From assembly GCA_947630025.1 (NCBI GenBank), contig CANRFZ010000015.1, positions 4,333 through 68,332 of the forward strand: a stretch of DNA of 64,000 nt, read 5' to 3'. The position numbers and the translations under genes were made by a program. The notes under the pieces were generated by a model. It was not told the origin of the DNA. It worked only from the letters and a program-made list of their open reading frames with translations, and made no database searches. Source of the DNA: an uncultured Lachnospiraceae bacterium (GTDB lineage Bacteria > Bacillota > Clostridia > Lachnospirales > Lachnospiraceae). Positions 59,210-64,000 of this stretch are shown piece by piece. Every line of letters starts with the position of its first letter. Positions within the stretch are counted from its first letter, which is position 1.

Positions 59210-60131
59210 CCTCCGCTTTCCCCTCGTCCAGCGCTTCATGCGCCTCTCTCACTATAGCCGCCGCCAGCGCCTCCCTGTCGGACTGCCTGCCGCCCGCCGC
59301 ACTTCCGCCTGCTGCATCTTTGTCCGCTGCATTGTCATCCGCGGCAGTTCCGTCCGTCGCATTTTCGTCTGCCGCGTTTTCGTCCGCGGGAATCTGCTCC
59401 CGCTTCCGGAGGAAAAGCAGATACTCGATATTGCCCTCCGGCCCTTTGATCGGGGAGTAGGTCAGCCCTTCCACGGCGAAGCCGATGCGCTCCGCATAGG
59501 CGGCCACGCTGCACACCACTTCCCGGTGCACCGCGGGGTCCCTGACGACGCCTTTCCTGCCCACCTTGTCCCGTCCGGCCTCAAACTGCGGTTTGATCAG
59601 ACAGACCATGCAGCAGCCCGCACCCAGCAGGTCTCTGGCCGGGAGCAGGATCTTGGTCAGCGAGATAAAGGAGACGTCCGCCGACGCAAAATCGATCCGT
59701 TCCGGGATGTCCTGCGGCGTCACATAGCGGAAATTCGTCTTTTCCATGCAGACCACCCGGTCGTCGCTGCGCAGCTTCCACGCAAGCTGGCCGTGCCCCA
59801 CATCGATGGCATAGACACGCGCGGCGCCGTTCTGCAGCATACAGTCCGTAAATCCGCCCGTGGACGCACCGATGTCCATACAGACGCTGCCCGCAAGCCG
59901 GATCGGAAACGCCGCCATCGCCTTCTCCAGTTTCAGACCGCCGCGGCTCACATACTTTAACGTATCTCCCCGGACTTCGATGCGGATGCGGCTCTCGTCA
60001 AACATCGTCCCGGCCTTGTCCTCCCGCTGGCCGTCCACATAGACGCTGCCCGCCATCAGGATGGCCTTCGCCTTTTCCCTGGACGGCGCGAATCCCTGTT
60101 TTACTAAGATTACGTCAAGCCTCTCCTTCAA
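59181..60131 (-). CDS. tlyA: TlyA family RNA methyltransferase
   Basis: S4 domain, VSRGGLKL, DIGASTGGFTD, LIKPQFE, GNIEYL; Ala/Asp-rich insertion near the C-terminus. Confidence 0.93.
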   Translation of the reverse strand: MKERLDVILVKQGFAPSREKAKAILMAGSVYVDGQREDKAGTMFDESRIRIEVRGDTLKYVSRGGLKLEKAMAAFPIRLAGSVCMDIGASTGGFTDCMLQNGAARVYAIDVGHGQLAWKLRSDDRVVCMEKTNFRYVTPQDIPERIDFASADVSFISLTKILLPARDLLGAGCCMVCLIKPQFEAGRDKVGRKGVVRDPAVHREVVCSVAAYAERIGFAVEGLTYSPIKGPEGNIEYLLFLRKREQIPADENAADENATDGTAADDNAADKDAAGGSAAGGRQSDREALAAAIVREAHEALDEGKAEDEKILSDCQ

Positions 60132-61974
60132 GGATGTCCTCCAAAATACTGTCCGCGTCGATGCGGATCTCCCGTTTCAGAAGTTCCACGTTGCCGTGTT
60201 CCACATACTCGTCCGGCACCGCGATGTTGAGCACCTTGACATCCGCGCCGATACGGTCTACAAAGTCTCTGACTTTCTCGCCGTAGCCGCCGCTTAACAC
60301 ATTTTCCTCCATCGTCACGATCAGCCTGTGCCTGCCGCACGCCTGCCGGACGGCCTCCTCATCGATGGGCTTGACAAATCTGGCGTTTAAGAGCGAGCAG
60401 GAACGTCCCATGGCTTTGAGCCGCTCCCGCACGGTGAGCGCCACCTTGACCATGCTTCCCACCGCCATCAGGATGATGTCCTCCTCCTCGTAGATCGGCT
60501 CGCTTCTGCCGTACTCTATGGGCGCCCGGTACTCTTTGAGGCCGTCAAACGCCTCTCCTCTGGGATAGCGCAGCGCCATCGGCATATGGCAGGCAACCGC
60601 GTATTTGAGCATATCGGAGAGCTCCCATTTATTTTTGGGCGCCATGATGTGCATATTGGGGATGGACGACAGGTAGGACAGGTCGAAGATTCCCTGATGC
60701 GTCTCTCCGTCGCTGCCCACAAGCCCCGCCCTGTCGATGGCGAAAACCACAGGGAGATTCTGCAGGCATACGTCGTGCAGGATCTGGTCATAGGCCCGCT
60801 GCAGGAACGAGGAGTAGATCGCCACGATCGGCTTCAGGCCGCCCGCCGCCAGCCCCGCCGCAAAGGTCACCGCGTGTTCCTCCGCGATGCCCACGTCAAA
60901 AAAGCGATCCGGGTACATATTGCGGAACCGTTTCAGCCCGGTGCCGTCCGGCATGGCCGCGGTGATCGCCACCACCTGCTCATCCCGCCGCCCCAGCTTG
61001 CACATGACGGTGGAAAAAACGTCCGTATAATTGGCTTTGTTGTGGGGCCTCGTGGGGATGCCGTTCTCGATGTCAAAAGGCTCCGCCCCGTGGAACCGCG
61101 CGGGATGCCGCTCCGCGGGCGGATAGCCCTTGCCTTTCTGGGTGAGCACATGGAGCAGCACAGGCCCGCGCACTTTCCGCGCTTCCGCCAGCATCTTGAG
61201 CATGGCGGGGATATTATGGCCGTCCACCGGCCCCAGATAAGTGATTCCCATATCTTCAAAAAACATTCCCGGCACCACAAGCTGTTTGAAACTGCTCTTG
61301 GCGCGCCTGAGCAGGGTGACGACTTTGTCGCCGTATTTGGATTTGCCGTGCAGGGAGTTGTAGACGCCTTCTTTCAGGTCGAGATACATATCAGCCGTTC
61401 TGATCTTGTTCAGATATTTGGATACGCCGCCCACATTTTCGGAAATCGACATATTGTTATCGTTCAGCACGATAATAAAATTCGTCTCCAGAAGGGAGGC
61501 GTTATTGAGCGCTTCATAGGCCATGCCGCCGGTCAGGGAGCCGTCCCCGATCACCGAGACAATGGTGTTTTTGCCGCCTTTTAAATCCCGCGCTTTCACC
61601 ATACCGAGGCCCGCGGAGATGGACGTGGAACTGTGCCCCGTGTCGAAGCAGTCGCAGTCGCTCTCCTTGCGCTTCGGAAAGCCGCTCATCCCGCCGAACT
61701 TGCGCAGATTGGCGAAGCCGTCCCGTCTGCCCGTGAGAATCTTGTGGGTGTAGGACTGGTGGCCCACATCCCAGATGATCTTGTCCTCCGGCAGATTGAG
61801 AAAAAGGTGCAGCGCCATGGTCAGCTCCACCGCGCCCAGATTGGAACCCAGATGGCCGCCCGTCTCGCTGATGGAACGGATCAGAAACTCCCGGATCTCC
61901 TGCGCCAGCGCGCCGTAGTCGGCCTCCTCCAGCTGCTTGATATCATTCGTCTTTTCTATCTTTTCCAAAAACAT
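60115..61974 (-). CDS. dxs: 1-deoxy-D-xylulose-5-phosphate synthase
   Basis: GGHLGSNLG, WDVGHQ, GDGSLTGG, DVGIAEEH, YSSFLQRAYDQ. Confidence 0.97.
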   Translation of the reverse strand: MFLEKIEKTNDIKQLEEADYGALAQEIREFLIRSISETGGHLGSNLGAVELTMALHLFLNLPEDKIIWDVGHQSYTHKILTGRRDGFANLRKFGGMSGFPKRKESDCDCFDTGHSSTSISAGLGMVKARDLKGGKNTIVSVIGDGSLTGGMAYEALNNASLLETNFIIVLNDNNMSISENVGGVSKYLNKIRTADMYLDLKEGVYNSLHGKSKYGDKVVTLLRRAKSSFKQLVVPGMFFEDMGITYLGPVDGHNIPAMLKMLAEARKVRGPVLLHVLTQKGKGYPPAERHPARFHGAEPFDIENGIPTRPHNKANYTDVFSTVMCKLGRRDEQVVAITAAMPDGTGLKRFRNMYPDRFFDVGIAEEHAVTFAAGLAAGGLKPIVAIYSSFLQRAYDQILHDVCLQNLPVVFAIDRAGLVGSDGETHQGIFDLSYLSSIPNMHIMAPKNKWELSDMLKYAVACHMPMALRYPRGEAFDGLKEYRAPIEYGRSEPIYEEEDIILMAVGSMVKVALTVRERLKAMGRSCSLLNARFVKPIDEEAVRQACGRHRLIVTMEENVLSGGYGEKVRDFVDRIGADVKVLNIAVPDEYVEHGNVELLKREIRIDADSILEDILEGEA

Positions 61975-62003
61975 CGTAATCCTCCATGCACGAACATGAA
62001 AAA

Positions 62004-62912
62004 TCATTTCTCTCTGCCAATCAGCGCTCTGACCAGTTCTTCCAGAAACGGATTGCGCCGGTCAAACGAAGCCAGTATCTCCACCGCCTCCCGCGACAGC
62101 CTCTCGACCTCGCGGGCGGACTCCTCCATGCCGTGCATCGTGACGTAAGTCAGCTTGTGGTTTCTCTCATCGCTGCCGATGGGCTTGCCGAGCACTTCCT
62201 GACTGCCCGTGACATCCAGTATATCATCCTGAATCTGGAAAGCGATCCCGATATTGCAGGCGCACCGCTCCAGCCTGTCCACGCCGCCTTTGTCTGCGCC
62301 GGCCAGCACTGCGCCGATCGTCATGGCCGCCTGTATCAGCGCGGCGGTCTTGTGGGCATGGATAAAGAGCAGCGCCTCCTCCGTCAGCTCCTGCGACGCC
62401 CGCTCCGCCTCCAGATCCGCGCACTGTCCCCCGATCATGCCGTATATGCCCGCTTTGTTGCCCAAGATCCGCAGCGCGGCGCTGCCGCGCCTGTAATCTT
62501 CCACGCTGCGCGCCTGTTCCAGCGCGCCTGCCGCCGTCTCAAACGCCAGATTGAGAAGGCCGTCCCCTGCCAGCACCGCCATACCCTCGCCGTACACCAT
62601 ATGCGTCGTCTTCCTGCCCCTGCGGTACTCGTCGTTGTCCATGGCCGGCAGATCGTCGTGCACCAGGGAATAGGTGTGTATCATCTCGATGGCGGCCATA
62701 TATGCGGGCAGCATCGCCGCGCTGCCCGGATCGGCAAACAACGCCGCGCTCTCCGCCATCAACATGGGCCGCAGCCTTTTGCCGCCCGCCGTCACGGAAT
62801 AGTTCATGGCCTCGATGACCTGCCGCTGATATCCCTGCGCCTCAGGGAGAAATCCCGCCAGAAGCCGCTCGGTCTCCTCTGTCTTCCGTCTCAGTTCCTC
62901 GTCAAAATTCAT
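62004..62912 (-). CDS. ispA: Polyprenyl (farnesyl) diphosphate synthase
   Basis: GGKRLRP, HDDLPAMD, FQIQDDILD. Confidence 0.94.
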   Translation of the reverse strand: MNFDEELRRKTEETERLLAGFLPEAQGYQRQVIEAMNYSVTAGGKRLRPMLMAESAALFADPGSAAMLPAYMAAIEMIHTYSLVHDDLPAMDNDEYRRGRKTTHMVYGEGMAVLAGDGLLNLAFETAAGALEQARSVEDYRRGSAALRILGNKAGIYGMIGGQCADLEAERASQELTEEALLFIHAHKTAALIQAAMTIGAVLAGADKGGVDRLERCACNIGIAFQIQDDILDVTGSQEVLGKPIGSDERNHKLTYVTMHGMEESAREVERLSREAVEILASFDRRNPFLEELVRALIGREK

Positions 62913-63126
62913 TTAATCCACCGTTTTCATTGATAAACAGGACTTTCTTTTCCACTTTATCAATCGTCTCGTTGCAGCGCTTCAATAGCTGCATTCCTTT
63001 ATTGTACTCCTGAAAGGACTGCTCCAGCGTGATCTCCTCCGACTCCAGATGGGAAATCACTTCCTCGATCTGCTCAAAAGCCTGTTCCAGAGACAGTTCC
63101 TCGTCCTGCTGCGTCGTCTTTTTCAT
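62902..63126 (-). CDS. xseB: Exodeoxyribonuclease VII small subunit
   Basis: SLEQAFEQIEEVISHLE..ITLEQSF; follows xseA. Confidence 0.92.
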   Translation of the reverse strand: MKKTTQQDEELSLEQAFEQIEEVISHLESEEITLEQSFQEYNKGMQLLKRCNETIDKVEKKVLFINENGGLNEF

Positions 63127-63143
63127 ATCTTCCTGCCCGTCCG

Positions 63144-64000
63144 TTATCTGTTTTGATGTTCCCTGCCGGTGACTTTCCCACTGATCCTGCCGTCTCTAAG
63201 ACAGACGGAAAAACTGTCCCCCACGGAGACCTGATCCACGGAAGTCAGCGTAGCGCCCGTACTGTCGGCGGCATAAGCATACCCCTGATTCAGCTTGTCC
63301 AGCGGCGATAAGCCTTTCAGCTTCTCCACATATAGCGCCAGCCGGTGCCTGCTGGTGTCCAGACACTTTTCCATGGCGTTCTGCAGATGCTCCTCCAGCA
63401 GTAACGCCTGTGTTTTTTTCGTCCGTATCACATTGACGGGGCTCAGATACCGCAGCCGTGTGGCCAGCTGCTCCGCCCTGCCGCGCTGCCGTTCTATCCT
63501 GTGCAGGCATAGGCCCTGCAGATCGCTGGCATAACCCGCCATCTTCTCCTGCAGCTGCTTCCAGTCACAGACTGCCAGTTCTGCGGCAGCCGAAGGCGTC
63601 GGCGCACGCAGATCCGCCACAAAATCGGTAATGGTAAAGTCCGTCTCATGCCCCACCGCGGAGATTACGGGAATCGGGCAGTCAAAGACGGCCTGCGCCA
63701 CTATTTCCTCATTGAAGGCCCACAGATCTTCGATAGAGCCGCCGCCTCTCCCCACGATCAGCACATCCACGCCGATCCGCTCCATCGCGCGGATGCCGTT
63801 GACGATGCTGGGAGCCGCCGCTTCCCCTTGGACAATGGCGGGATAGAGGATGATCTGCACATAAGGATTGCGCCGCCTCGCAATATTGATAATATCGCGG
63901 ACGGCAGCCCCCGTCGCCGCCGTCACAACCCCCAGCGTCTTACTGTATTTGGGGATCGGACGCTTGTACTCCGGCGCAAACATCCCCCGTTCTTCCAGTT
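63144..64000 (-). CDS. xseA: Exodeoxyribonuclease VII large subunit, 5' end outside the window
   Basis: RGGGSIEDLWAFN, SAVGHETD, APTPSAAAE. Confidence 0.96.
   Translation of the reverse strand, partial: LEERGMFAPEYKRPIPKYSKTLGVVTAATGAAVRDIINIARRRNPYVQIILYPAIVQGEAAAPSIVNGIRAMERIGVDVLIVGRGGGSIEDLWAFNEEIVAQAVFDCPIPVISAVGHETDFTITDFVADLRAPTPSAAAELAVCDWKQLQEKMAGYASDLQGLCLHRIERQRGRAEQLATRLRYLSPVNVIRTKKTQALLLEEHLQNAMEKCLDTSRHRLALYVEKLKGLSPLDKLNQGYAYAADSTGATLTSVDQVSVGDSFSVCLRDGRISGKVTGREHQNR

Overview
A 64-kb chromosomal window from a spore-forming Clostridia bacterium, most likely Lachnospiraceae judging from gene content and order. Coding regions are GC-rich and intergenic regions AT-rich, and most genes lie on the minus strand. 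Most of it is core genome: relA, groESL with CIRCE, gap-pgk-tpiA, mnmA, aroF, xerD-spoIIM-nudF, rny, recA-recX with LexA boxes, yicC-remA-gmk-rpoZ-trpD-rimO-pgsA-cinA, rqcH, glgA, and xseAB-ispA-dxs-tlyA-nadK-argR-recN-spoIVB-spo0A. Main observations: (1) the spo0A at its canonical locus lacks most of its receiver domain, including the phospho-acceptor motif, while sporulation genes are retained; (2) a five-gene operon (circularly permuted ATP-grasp ligase, alpha-E, transglutaminase, active M14 peptidase, degenerate M14 peptidase) sits behind an ANTAR-like attenuator leader, suggesting a nitrogen-regulated peptide synthesis/removal system; (3) two unannotated type I toxin-antitoxin loci, one with a tandem duplication leaving an orphan antitoxin; (4) a 133-bp triple-hairpin element inserted in, and duplicating, the ribosome-binding site of eda; (5) several intergenic tandem repeat arrays and a small low-GC cassette bounded by a recurring 14-bp motif. 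I saw no rRNA, tRNA, CRISPR array or transposase. All product calls come from reading motifs by eye; no database searches were run.
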